Below, one piece after another: positions 1-9,800 of a stretch of DNA of 64,000 bases. The position numbers were made by a program, and so were the translations under genes. The stretch covers positions 2,546 to 66,545 of the forward strand of contig JAFUDV010000062.1 of NCBI GenBank assembly GCA_017464245.1, written 5' to 3'. The notes below the pieces were generated by a model. That model had not been told where the DNA came from and ran no database searches. It saw nothing but the letters and a program-made list of their open reading frames with translations. Positions within the stretch are counted from its first letter, which is position 1. Every line of letters starts with the position of its first letter. The stretch comes from Bacteroidales bacterium. GTDB lineage: Bacteria > Bacteroidota > Bacteroidia > Bacteroidales > UBA932.

Positions 1-329
1 TTTGTCCGCGACGAAATACTCCTTCTCATCTTCCTCCACCCGGAAGGTGATGAGCTGCTGGTCCAGCAGGGCTGCCATCGCTTTCTGGACCGAGCTGGGT
101 GATCCGAGCGCATGTTTTTTGACAAAGGCGCCCGACGTGGGATGACAGACCTTCCTGTCCCTTGCAATCGCGGCCAGCGTCTGTTTTTGCGGCAGCGTCA
201 GTTTCCCATCACGTCTTTGTAAGTATGGCTGTTTTCCTCGATGATTACGTCGATGGCCTCCTGAATGGTGTTTCCGTCTATCCGTTGATTCTTGTCAAAG
301 GCGAAGATCTCATGGAAAACATTGTGCAT
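1..329 (-). pseudogene. Frameshifted fragment resembling the C-terminal part of a Bacteroidales ATP-binding (AAA/ATPase-wHTH) protein; runs off the window edge
   Basis: The minus strand reads MHNVFHEIF...HTYKDVMGN-stop (198-200). A shifted frame continues KLTLPQKQTLAAIAR...PTSGAFVKKHALGSPSSVQKAMAALLDQQLI. No N-terminal ATPase domain is present upstream. Confidence 0.55.
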
Positions 330-343
330 AGCACTTGTTTCTT

Positions 344-378
344 GATTATCCAAATTGGATTATCTGATTTGGATAATC
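344..378. repeat. 12-bp perfect inverted repeat built from three ~14-bp tandem units (possible operator)
   Basis: GATTATCCAAAT (344-355) and ATTTGGATAATC (367-378). Confidence 0.6.
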
Positions 379-396
379 TAAGACGGATCATTAAAA

Positions 397-421
397 CGGG
401 CGGCCCGGAAAGGGTCGCCCG
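397..421 (-). terminator. Probable intrinsic terminator of the left susCD operon
   Basis: Stem CGGGCGGCCC / GGGTCGCCCG, followed by TTTT on the minus strand, 27 bp after the 448 stop. Confidence 0.6.
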
Positions 422-447
422 AATGCGTTTTTGCGGGAAAGCCGCGA

Positions 448-1089
448 TTACCAAAGTCCCTGCTCGGAGAGCCAGGTCTCATATTCATCGGCGTCCTCGG
501 CCCATCCGGTCTTCTTCTGCCCCTTCACGGTGTAGGTTTCCGAAGAACCGTCCTTATAGGTAAGGGTATAGTTGAATTCGATGGAATCGGCCTTGTAGCC
601 GGAGGGAGTGGTGACTCCGTCGGTGACCACCTTTCCGCCGGTGATGGTGGCCGTGCTGGTGCCGAAACTGCCCCACTGGTAAGAAGCGGTGTAATAGGAT
701 CCGTAACTGCCGTAGGCCCCCTCGACGTAGGGATTCCAGGCGGTCCGGGGTTCGGTGACGGCCGATTCGGAGACCTGGAAGGTCTGCGCCTTCGCATCCA
801 CGCTCACCTTGAAACGGACGGCGAAAAGTCGCTGCCAGTGCGTGGTGGAATAATCCATGTCGGAGATGGTGATCCAAGCGGCATCGGAAGCGTTGTCCGT
901 CGTGTTGGTGATGACGATGCCGAACATCGTCGTGGGATCCGTGGAACCGTTTTCATAGGCGAAAGCCATATACTTCCCATCCACTCCGCTGATGGCTGTC
1001 ATGTCCGGCTCGTCCACTTTGTAGGTTTCGCAGGAGAACAGGCAGGCGAGCGCAGCGGCAAACGCTGAAAGTTTGATTATTTTTTTCAT
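448..1089 (-). CDS. Surface lipoprotein, lipid-binding (BT2261/BT2262-like) accessory of SusCD
   Basis: Lipoprotein signal ...ACLFSC; C-terminal ADSIEF...GQKKTGW motif; third gene of a susCD operon. Confidence 0.7.
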   Translation of the reverse strand: MKKIIKLSAFAAALACLFSCETYKVDEPDMTAISGVDGKYMAFAYENGSTDPTTMFGIVITNTTDNASDAAWITISDMDYSTTHWQRLFAVRFKVSVDAKAQTFQVSESAVTEPRTAWNPYVEGAYGSYGSYYTASYQWGSFGTSTATITGGKVVTDGVTTPSGYKADSIEFNYTLTYKDGSSETYTVKGQKKTGWAEDADEYETWLSEQGLW

Positions 1090-1101
1090 GCTCTTTGGGT
1101 T

Positions 1102-2502
1102 TTATTTCTGCCACCACATCTTCACATTCAGGGCGACGGGCGTCGGGGAATTCGGATTATAGTCGGCAGAGGTCTTGGAATAGATGAAACGCTGCGGATA
1201 GCCGCTGTCCAGTACACCGTGGTTGTCCGTGATGGTTGTTCCGCGGACTGGGTAGCCTGTCCGGTTCAGGTCAAACCAGCCTTCCCAGGGAAGTCCGTGG
1301 ACCTGGGAAGCCCACTTCTGGTTGATAATCTGCTCCACCATCTGTTCGGTGGTGCCGGGATCGAAGGCATAGGCACCGGCGATGAAATCCGCGGCGCCCT
1401 TGGCTCCGACGCGGTCGAAAGCGGCGGCGATGGCGGCCTCGTAGGCGGCCTGGGCCTGGGCTGCGTTGCCGAGACGGGCATAGGCCTCGGCCTTCAGGAA
1501 TTCAGCCTCGTCCACCGTGGCGAAGTAAACGGGTTCCGTGGCATACAGCGCGAGCCGACTCGTCTCGGTCGGATCGGCGGCCGTGCCGTACGCACCGCCA
1601 GTGACCACGCCGCCCGGGTTGTTGTCGTAGAAATAGGTAAGGCGCGGGTCGGAGGCGTCCAGCACGCCGAAGATGTCGCTGCAGCAGCGGATGTTGTTCG
1701 TGGTGTTCAGTTGGCGGCGGTCGCTCTCATAGAAGGGATTGGACTTGTCGGCCTGGTCCTGGAAGTTGTCGAAGGAAGCGTCTTCGGCGAGGAAGTTGTC
1801 TTCGGCGAGCAGGGCGCTGATCTTGGAGGAATTGGCGCTGAAATCCCGCAGGAGCACCTTCAGGTACAGCGTGTTCACGAACTGGAACCAGGCGTCGGTA
1901 TCCCCACCGAACACCATGTCGGCGGAAGCCGTCACATTCATGATTTCGTCCTGGGCGGCCTTCTGGGCGTCCATCGCGCGGATTTCCTCGCAAAGGGCGA
2001 TGATGATGGCCTGCATGTCCTTTCCGGAGTCGAAGTGCGGCGTCTGGGATTCAGTCACGTAGCCTTCCGTATACGCCACTTCATCGTACAGGGATGTCAG
2101 CAGGTACAGCGTGTACACGAGCATGGACTTGGCTTCCAGGATGTAGTTGGAGGCGTCGCCGGCCTGTTCGGCCTTCTCGATGATTTCCTTGATGCGCGGA
2201 AGGATGGAGGCATAGAAGTAGGACCAAGGGCCGGTGAACGTGGAATTGGTCACGTCGTAGGTCATCACGGTATAGTACTGGTTCGTCGTGCTGCACTGGA
2301 CGACATACTGGGCCCAGAAGGAACCGTACAGGGAAAGTTCATACCCCACCTTGTCGGCGGTCATGAGTTGGACCGTCGGCAGGAGCATGGACATGTCCGC
2401 CTCGGCGATATAGTTGGGATTTGTGTTGATATCCAACCATTTGTTGCAGCTTGTGGACACGAGGGCCGCGGCAAGGGCAATAAAAGCAAAGAATTTTTTC
2501 AT
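1102..2502 (-). CDS. susD: SusD/RagB family nutrient-binding lipoprotein
   Basis: MKKFF...SC lipobox, WLDINTNPN, FLKAEAYARLG, IINQKW, EGWFDLNRTGYP motifs; directly follows susC. Start taken at ATG 2502. Confidence 0.92.
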   Translation of the reverse strand: MKKFFAFIALAAALVSTSCNKWLDINTNPNYIAEADMSMLLPTVQLMTADKVGYELSLYGSFWAQYVVQCSTTNQYYTVMTYDVTNSTFTGPWSYFYASILPRIKEIIEKAEQAGDASNYILEAKSMLVYTLYLLTSLYDEVAYTEGYVTESQTPHFDSGKDMQAIIIALCEEIRAMDAQKAAQDEIMNVTASADMVFGGDTDAWFQFVNTLYLKVLLRDFSANSSKISALLAEDNFLAEDASFDNFQDQADKSNPFYESDRRQLNTTNNIRCCSDIFGVLDASDPRLTYFYDNNPGGVVTGGAYGTAADPTETSRLALYATEPVYFATVDEAEFLKAEAYARLGNAAQAQAAYEAAIAAAFDRVGAKGAADFIAGAYAFDPGTTEQMVEQIINQKWASQVHGLPWEGWFDLNRTGYPVRGTTITDNHGVLDSGYPQRFIYSKTSADYNPNSPTPVALNVKMWWQK

Positions 2503-2521
2503 ACTGTTTTCCCCTTTCTTG

Positions 2522-5500
2522 TTAGAAGACAATCTTGAGGTTGCAACCGATGTTGCGCGTGGAGGGAGCGGAATAGTATTCGCCGTAGAGGGATTCAATG
2601 TCATTTCCGTAATTGGTCATGTCCGGATCGATGAGACCCTGCTTGGGCGTCCACATGAGGAGGTTGCGGCCGAAGACACCGAACTCGATGGTGGACAGCC
2701 AGCTGACTGAGTCGAACCACTTGGTGGGGAACCGGTAGGAAGCGGTGATTTCACGGAGCTTCAGGTAGGTCTTGTCCAGCAATTCGTCGCGGTAGCGGAT
2801 ATAGTTGTAGTTCGGATACCAGGCGCCGTTGATGTTGTAGTAAGAATTCACCGGGAGGTCGTTCTCCACGTAGGTGTCCCCGCTCTTGTACACGGCATGC
2901 TGCCACACCCACGGGTCGCGGAGGTTGTACATGGTCTCCTCAGCGTTTCCGTCAAACAGGGCGATTCCCTTGGTGGCGGAATACATCAGGCCGCCCTTGC
3001 GGTAATCCAGGCTGGCGCCGAAGGAGAAGTTCTTCCACCGCAGGTTGGTGTTGAAGCCCATGGTATAGTCCTCATCGGCCTTGCCCAGGGTCTCGTATTT
3101 CGTGTTGTCATAGGTCGGGAGACCGGTGGTGGCGTTGACGATGGTGTAGCCGTAGTAGGGGCTGCTCACGTCCTCGACCGTGCTGATCTTGTAGTCCACC
3201 CAGGTACCGACGGACTCACCCACGATAGCCTTCAGCTGCGGGCCGGAGGAAAGGCCGTAGATGGAATACTCGGTCACATCGTCCCAGAGTTCCTCCACCT
3301 TGTTGTCGTTCTTTGAGAAGGTGTAGCCGATGCTCCATTCGAAGTCTTTCGTACGGATGGGCACGACACCCACGGACAGTTCGATACCCTTGTTGCGGAT
3401 CTTACCCACGTTGCGGACGGCGGAAGTGTAACCGGACTCCGGAGCGAGTGTAGCGGAAACAATCTGGTTTTCAGTAAGTTTGTTATACCAGGCAAAGTCG
3501 AAGTTCAGCCGGTTCTTGAACAGGCGGACGTCCAGTCCGAACTCGGCTTCCGTGGAAATCTCCGGTTTCAGGTCGGAGGAAGGAATCCGGGAGCTCTTAT
3601 TCAGTCCCACGAAGCTGTTCAGCGGGAAGGTCAGCGAACCGAAGGCGGCCGAAGCCGAAGCCAGGTAATAGTAACTGGAAGTGTAATAGGCCGGCGCGTC
3701 GTTACCGGTCTGGCCGTAGCCGCCCCTCACCTTGAGGAAGCTCAGCACGTCGCTCTTGATGTCGAACAGGTCGGTCAGGATGACGGATGCGTTGGCGCCC
3801 CAGTAGAAGTAGGAGTTGTTCGCGAGGGGAAGGGTCGAGGACCAGTCGTTACGGGCGGAGAGCGTGAGATATACCGCATCCTTCCAGCCGAAGTCGGCCT
3901 GGCCGTACAAGCCCATGAGGCGGCGCTTGGACGTGGAGGAAGAGGCGGTCGGAGTCGCACCGCTGGTGTTGGAGAAACTGGACCATCCGGAAACGGCGAT
4001 TCCGTCGATGTTTCCGGAAATGGCCGAAGCGGAGCGCTGGTTGACGTTCAGGCCGGCCACCCCGTGGATGGAGAAGTCCTTTCCGATGCGGTAGTCGGCA
4101 TTGAGGAGGAAGTTGGCGTCCAGCTGGGCGCTGCGCTGGGAAACCTCATAGTAGTTACCGTTCTCCACGGAAGCACCTTCGTTCGCGGCGTAGGAACCGG
4201 GGTTGAAGGTCCAGATGTTGTTGAAGTCCTTGCGGATGAAATTGGTCACGTCCGCACCGCCGCGGGCGATGAACTGCAGGCCATTCAGGAGCTGGAGACC
4301 GAATTCGGCGCTGCCATACACGCGGTCGTCCTGGTAGGTGGAGTAGTTGTTGTCCAGGGTCCACCAGGGGTTCTGCGCATACGGGGTGTAGAAGTTGTCG
4401 GCATTGTTCAGGATGCTGGTCCAGTCCTTGAGGTCGGCATAATCGACATTGACCGGATACTGGAGGATGTCCTGGTAGATGGTGGAACCGCTGCCGCCCT
4501 GGCCGGTCATGGCATTGCGGACATCCTTGCGGACATAGTTGATGCTGTAGTTGAGCCAGGCGAGACCGTCCTTGATCTTGGTGTTGCCGCGGAAGGAGAA
4601 GTTGTTACGCTTGTAGTAGTCGTTGCTTCCGGGGAGGATGCCGTCGGAGTAGATGTTGCCGTAGGAGGCCACGAAACCGGTGCTCTTGCTGCCGCCCTGG
4701 ACGGTGATGTTGTTGTTCGTCTCGAAGCCGGTCGTGTAAAAGTTCTTCAGGGAGTTCTCCTTATAGGAGTAGCTGGTATGGTATTCGGGATTGTCGAACA
4801 CATCGGCGTAATTCCCGGGGTTGTAGCCCGCATTCGCGGCACCCGGACGCCAGATCACATCGCGGCCGTCCAGGAGATTGCCCCAGGAACCATTCTCGGT
4901 CGGGGAATAGTTGTCGAACACGTAGCCGTCGTAGGAATAGAACCATCCCTGGCCGAACTTGTTCTGGATGTTCGGGATGCGGAGGACGCTGCTCGCCTGG
5001 AAGGAACCGTCATAGGTCACCTTCACGGCTTCGTTCTGTTCGCCGCGCTTGGTGGTGATGATGACGGCGCCATTGCCGGCGCGGGAACCGTAGAGGGCCG
5101 TGGCGGAAGCGCCCTTGAGGATGGTGATGGACTCAATGTCCTCGGGGTTGATGTCGGCGGCCTGGTTACCAAAGTCAATGGAATTGTTCAGGCCCTGGTA
5201 GCCCATGGTGCTGTTGGACATCGGAACTCCGTCCACCACATAGAGCGGGGAGTTGCTCGAGAAGGAGGAATAACCGCGGACAATGACCTTCTGGGAAGTT
5301 CCGGTGCCGCCGGCGGAGGAAATCTGCACGCCCGCCACCTTGCCGGAAAGGCCGGACATGGCGTCGGCAGCGTGTCCTTTGAGGATTTCCTCGGAACGGA
5401 CCGTGGTGGACGCATAACCGAGGGTCTTTTCCTGGCGGGTCATGCCGGTCGCGGTGATGACCACTTCGTCCAGGCCGATGGTGTCTTCTTCCATCTGGAC

Positions 5501-5779
5501 GTCGATCCGGGTCCGGTTACCTACGGGCTCGGTGACGTCACGCATTCCGAAGAAGGAAAACTTGATGGTGTTTCCTCCCCGGATGTTCAGGGAATAGGCT
5601 CCCTTCGCATCCGTCACTGTGCCTACATTGGTGCCTTCCACGAAGACAGAGACGCCCGGCATCGGATCACCGCTCGTGTCCGTGACAATGCCGGTTACTG
5701 TCCTGTTCTGCGCGTAAAGTGCAGTCGTGACGACAGCAAGAAGGCACGCCATGAACAGTTTTACTTTTTTCATAAGCAT
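2522..5779 (-). CDS. susC: SusC/RagA TonB-dependent outer membrane transporter (left copy)
   Basis: 1085 aa; carboxypeptidase-like N-domain, PLYVVDG, DINPEDIESITILKGASATALYGSRAGNGAVIITTK signature, C-terminal Phe. Confidence 0.96.
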   Translation of the reverse strand: MLMKKVKLFMACLLAVVTTALYAQNRTVTGIVTDTSGDPMPGVSVFVEGTNVGTVTDAKGAYSLNIRGGNTIKFSFFGMRDVTEPVGNRTRIDVQMEEDTIGLDEVVITATGMTRQEKTLGYASTTVRSEEILKGHAADAMSGLSGKVAGVQISSAGGTGTSQKVIVRGYSSFSSNSPLYVVDGVPMSNSTMGYQGLNNSIDFGNQAADINPEDIESITILKGASATALYGSRAGNGAVIITTKRGEQNEAVKVTYDGSFQASSVLRIPNIQNKFGQGWFYSYDGYVFDNYSPTENGSWGNLLDGRDVIWRPGAANAGYNPGNYADVFDNPEYHTSYSYKENSLKNFYTTGFETNNNITVQGGSKSTGFVASYGNIYSDGILPGSNDYYKRNNFSFRGNTKIKDGLAWLNYSINYVRKDVRNAMTGQGGSGSTIYQDILQYPVNVDYADLKDWTSILNNADNFYTPYAQNPWWTLDNNYSTYQDDRVYGSAEFGLQLLNGLQFIARGGADVTNFIRKDFNNIWTFNPGSYAANEGASVENGNYYEVSQRSAQLDANFLLNADYRIGKDFSIHGVAGLNVNQRSASAISGNIDGIAVSGWSSFSNTSGATPTASSSTSKRRLMGLYGQADFGWKDAVYLTLSARNDWSSTLPLANNSYFYWGANASVILTDLFDIKSDVLSFLKVRGGYGQTGNDAPAYYTSSYYYLASASAAFGSLTFPLNSFVGLNKSSRIPSSDLKPEISTEAEFGLDVRLFKNRLNFDFAWYNKLTENQIVSATLAPESGYTSAVRNVGKIRNKGIELSVGVVPIRTKDFEWSIGYTFSKNDNKVEELWDDVTEYSIYGLSSGPQLKAIVGESVGTWVDYKISTVEDVSSPYYGYTIVNATTGLPTYDNTKYETLGKADEDYTMGFNTNLRWKNFSFGASLDYRKGGLMYSATKGIALFDGNAEETMYNLRDPWVWQHAVYKSGDTYVENDLPVNSYYNINGAWYPNYNYIRYRDELLDKTYLKLREITASYRFPTKWFDSVSWLSTIEFGVFGRNLLMWTPKQGLIDPDMTNYGNDIESLYGEYYSAPSTRNIGCNLKIVF

Positions 5780-5854
5780 GAAAAGTTTAGTTAAACATAA
5801 ATATTTTGATACAAATCACTTTCTTTGTATCGGATACACTACTATACGGTCGTT
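5765..5854. repeat. Left inverted repeat (IRL) of a putative invertible segment; also the leader of the left susC
   Basis: Reverse complement of 6725-6814; perfect 21-bp core ATACACTACTATACGGTCGTT at 5834-5854. Confidence 0.92.
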
Positions 5855-5904
5855 TTTATGTGGTGGCCGTGAAACGACTTGAACAAAAAAAATGAAAGTG
5901 TGTC

Positions 5905-6513
5905 ATGATTTACGCATACATCCGCGTGAGCACGGAACTGCAGTCCTATGAAGGGCAACGGTTCGAAGTGGAAAAATGGTGTGAAAGGAATCAGCTTTCC
6001 ATCGATATATGGGTCCTGGAAAAAGTGTCCGGGACCATAGACCTCGAGAAGAGGACGCTGGGGAAGACCCTCAAGAAAATGCGCAAGGGAGACTTTCTGA
6101 TCTGTACGGAACTCTCCCGGCTGGGGAGGAACATGATGATGGTCATGTCCATTCTGAATATCTGCTCGGAAAAGGGAATCCAAGTCCGGTCCATCAAGGA
6201 TGGTTTCGAACTGTCAGATTCCATTCAGTCGAAGATCCTGGCTTTCGCTTTTTCCCTGGCGGCTGAAATCGAACGGACCCTCATTTCCCAGCGGACCCGG
6301 GAAGCCCTTGCCGCCAAGAAGGCAGCCGGAATCCAGCTCGGAAGGCCGGTAGGGACGTCCGACAAACGGAAGCGGTTCGACGCCTTGCTGCCGAAAGTGA
6401 ATAAAATGCGGGAAGAAGGGGTGTCTTTCAAATTGATAGCCAAATTCGTGGGTGTTCACGAAAATACGCTGTACAGGTATCTGAGAGGGGAATCCTGCCT
6501 AAAAAAGAAATAA
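5905..6513 (+). CDS. Serine site-specific recombinase (DNA invertase, Hin/Pin/Mpi-like)
   Basis: YAYIRVST catalytic serine motif, ELSRLGRN, ERTLISQRTREALAAKKAAGIQLGRP, C-terminal HTH (IAKFVGVHENTLYRYL). Confidence 0.95.
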   Translation: MIYAYIRVSTELQSYEGQRFEVEKWCERNQLSIDIWVLEKVSGTIDLEKRTLGKTLKKMRKGDFLICTELSRLGRNMMMVMSILNICSEKGIQVRSIKDGFELSDSIQSKILAFAFSLAAEIERTLISQRTREALAAKKAAGIQLGRPVGTSDKRKRFDALLPKVNKMREEGVSFKLIAKFVGVHENTLYRYLRGESCLKKK

Positions 6514-6670
6514 ACTCCAAATTTGTTTAAAAATTTTATTATTATAATTTATCGGGTATTTGATATTTTTATTAATAATTTTTTACTATATTTCGGCAAA
6601 ACAAAATAAAACTATATTCATAAACGCCCTAAAGACTTTACTATTCGTAAATTGTCAGCCTCGTGCCGGA

Positions 6671-6704
6671 TTTGCAAATTTGAATTTTGTTTTCAAACTT
6701 TGCA
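6671..6704 (+). promoter_or_regulatory. Bacteroidota sigma70-type promoter currently facing the right susC
   Basis: TTTG (6671-6674), 20 nt, AAACTTTG (6695-6702; one mismatch to TAnnTTTG), preceded by an AT-rich tract. Confidence 0.65.
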
Positions 6705-6724
6705 CCCGATGTCGTTTCGCAATT

Positions 6725-6814
6725 AACGACCGTATAGTAGTGTATAAGATACAAAAGAAAAAACTTGTATCATAATATTTATGTTTAACTAATCTTAACA
6801 TGCTTATGAAAAAA
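6725..6814. repeat. Right inverted repeat (IRR); also the leader of the right susC
   Basis: Core AACGACCGTATAGTAGTGTAT at 6725-6745; similarity to IRL continues to ATGCTTATGAAAAAA. Confidence 0.92.
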
Positions 6815-9800
6815 ATCCTTGTTTTTTTCTCGGCAATGGTATGGATGCTCGTCGCTTCCGTCGCCTGGGCGCAGAACGTTCCTGTCGCCGGTACCGTGTC
6901 GGACGGAAATGGTGACCCGATCGTGGGAGCCAGCGTGGTTCTCAAGTCGAACACCAGTGTCTATGCCTTGACAGACATCGAAGGACGCTTCCGGCTGAAT
7001 GCCCCTTCCAACGGTGTCCTCGTTGTCAGCTGCCTCGGCTATGTGGGCCAGGAAGTCGGCATCAATGGACAGAATGTGCTGAACATCAGCCTCGAGCAGG
7101 ATGCGCAGCTTCTGGACGAAACCATCGTTGTCGCCTTCGGTACGACCACCAAGGAAGCCTTTACCGGTTCCGCCTCCGTCATGAAGTCCGAGGACCTGCA
7201 GAAGCGCCAGACCACCAACGTCGCGAACGCCCTCGTCGGTAACGTGGCCGGCCTCCAGATGAGAGGTGCCTCCGGCGCTCCGGGTGCCGGCGCGGGTTCC
7301 ATGAACATCCGCGGTATCGCCTCCATGTATGCGGGAACCGATCCGCTCATCATCGTGGACGGCGCCCCTTACACGGCCAGCCTCTCCAACATCCCGCAGA
7401 GTGATATCGAGAGCATCACCGTCCTGAAGGATGCGGCCTCCGCCGCCCTGTACGGCGCCCGTGGTGCGGCCGGTGTCATCCTCGTGACCACCAAGCGTAC
7501 GAACACCGGGAACGCTATCGTGAACTTCGATGCCAAGTGGGGCGTCAATACCCGCAGTATCCAGGATTACGAGACCATTTCCGATCCGGGCGAATACTAC
7601 GAGGCCGCCTATGCCATGCTCTTCAACCGCAACTATTATGAGAACGGCCTGGCTACCGAGGCCGCCAACCTCAAGGCGAACGAAGACATGATCAAATACC
7701 TGGGTTATCAGGTATTTACGGTTCCGACCGGCGAGCAGCTCATCGGTCTTGACGGTAAGCTCAATCCCAAGGCCACCCTGGGATACGCGATTCCCGTGAA
7801 GGACGAGGCCGGCAAAGTACTCGAGACCTACTGGCTCCAGCCCGACAACTGGAAGGACCAGACCTACAAGAAGGCCCTCCGTCAGGAATACACGATGAGC
7901 GTGAACGGCGGAACCAACCGTTCCTCCTTCTACGCCAGCCTCGGTTACCTCAACGAGGATGGTGTCATCCACTATTCCGGTTATCAGCGCATCACGGCCC
8001 GCCTCAAGGCCGACTATAAGATCAAGAAGTGGCTGAAGCTGGCCGGCAACGTGGGTTACGTCCACTCCGACACCAAGTCCAACCCGAACATGGACACCAG
8101 CCTGGGTTCCACCAACCTGATGTACTATGCCACCGCCATCGCCCCGATCTATCCGGCTTTCGTGCGGGTCCTGGACGCCAGCGGCAACCCCGTCATCCGT
8201 ACCGATGCCAACGGAAACCAGCAGTACGACTACGGTGTGGCCGGTGCGGACTATCCGGTGAACCGCGCCTTCCTGCAGACCGGTAACCCGCTGGGCAGCA
8301 ACCGCTACAACACCCACTACACCATCGGCAACCAGTTCAACGGAACCTTTACCGCCGATGCCGACATCACCCCCTGGCTCAAGTTCAACGTGTCCTCGAA
8401 CATCAACTGGGGCAACACCATGTACCACCATTACGACAATGCCCTGTACGGTCCCAAGGTGAGCATCAACGGTGAACTGGTCAAGTACCAGAGCAACAGC
8501 TTCCGGACGAACAACATCCAGACTCTCACCTTCTACAAGACCTTCGGCGAGCACAGCGTGAATGTCCTGGCGGGTCATGAGTACTACAATTCCAAGACCT
8601 ATTATCTCAGCGCCACCGCGCAGGGTCTCTTCTCCCCGGACATCCAGGAAATCAACGCGTCCGCCAAGAAGGCCGATTCCTCCGGCTACTCCTCCGAGTA
8701 CAACGTGGAAGGTTACTTCGCCAGCGCCCAGTACAACCTGATGGAGAAATACTACCTGTCCGCCTCCTTCCGCCGGGACGCCACGTCCTACTTCGCCAAG
8801 GATCACCGCTGGGGTAACTTCTGGTCCGTGGGCGGCGCCTGGATCCTGTCCAAGGAGAACTTCATGAGCAACGTGGACTTCATCGACCTCCTCAAACTCA
8901 AGGCTTCCATCGGCCAGCAGGGTAACGACAGCATCGGCAGCTACCGCTATACCGACCTGTACACCCTCGTGACCTCCGGTACCTACACGATGTCTCCTTC
9001 GTTCTCCGCCCTGGGTAACGTCAAGATCACCTGGGAAACCACGACCAACATGAACGTCGGTGCCGAATTCAGCATGTTCAGAGGCCGTCTCTCCGGTAAC
9101 GTGGACCTGTACAACAAGCTCACGACCGACCAGCTGTTCTGGCTCTCCGTTCCTGAAAGCGCCGGTGCCCGCGGTTACTACGGCAACATGGGCGATATCC
9201 GGAACCTCGGTTGGGAACTCTCGCTGAAGGGTCAGCCCGTCCACACGAGACTGATCGACTGGGACATCAACTTCAACATCTCCCACAACAGCACGAAGAT
9301 CATCTCCCTGCCTGAGGCGAAGATGGTGGATCCCGAGAACGGCGTGTACGGTTTCACCGAGAGCAGCCGCTGGCTCAAGGTCGGAGGTCCCCTCTACAAC
9401 TCCTTCTATCACAAATATGCCGGCGTGAACGACAAGGGTGAAGCCCTGTACTATATCGATACCGACCTGAAGGGCAAGACCGACCGTCCCGGTACCAAGA
9501 CCGACGACACCACCACCAACCCGAACGTGGCTACCTACTATGAGACCGGCTCCATGCTTCCGAAGTTCTTCGGCGGCTTCGGCACCGGCATCCGGATCGG
9601 CGGCTTCGACGCTTCCGTCACCTTCGACTACCAGATCGGCGGCAAAGTGTACGACTCCCGCTACCAGAACTTCATGGGTGCCTGGGCCGACAGCGGCGAC
9701 GCCGGTTCCACCTTCCATAAGGATTGGGTGAAGTCCTGGTCCGTGAACAATACCTCCAGCGACATTCCCCGCTGGTACTACAGCGACCAGTACACCGCCG

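Larger units (their letters stand above)
5855..6724. mobile_element. Putative invertible DNA segment (~0.87 kb) carrying a serine invertase gene and one outward-facing promoter
   Basis: Bounded by the inverted repeats, encodes a resolvase/invertase, and contains a rightward promoter next to IRR. Inversion is inferred, not observed. Confidence 0.8.

Noticed and set aside
5905-6513. Recombinase as the resolvase of a Tn3-type transposon or prophage
   Set aside because: No transposase, phage genes or direct repeats are nearby, and the flanking repeats are inverted and coincide with the susC leaders.
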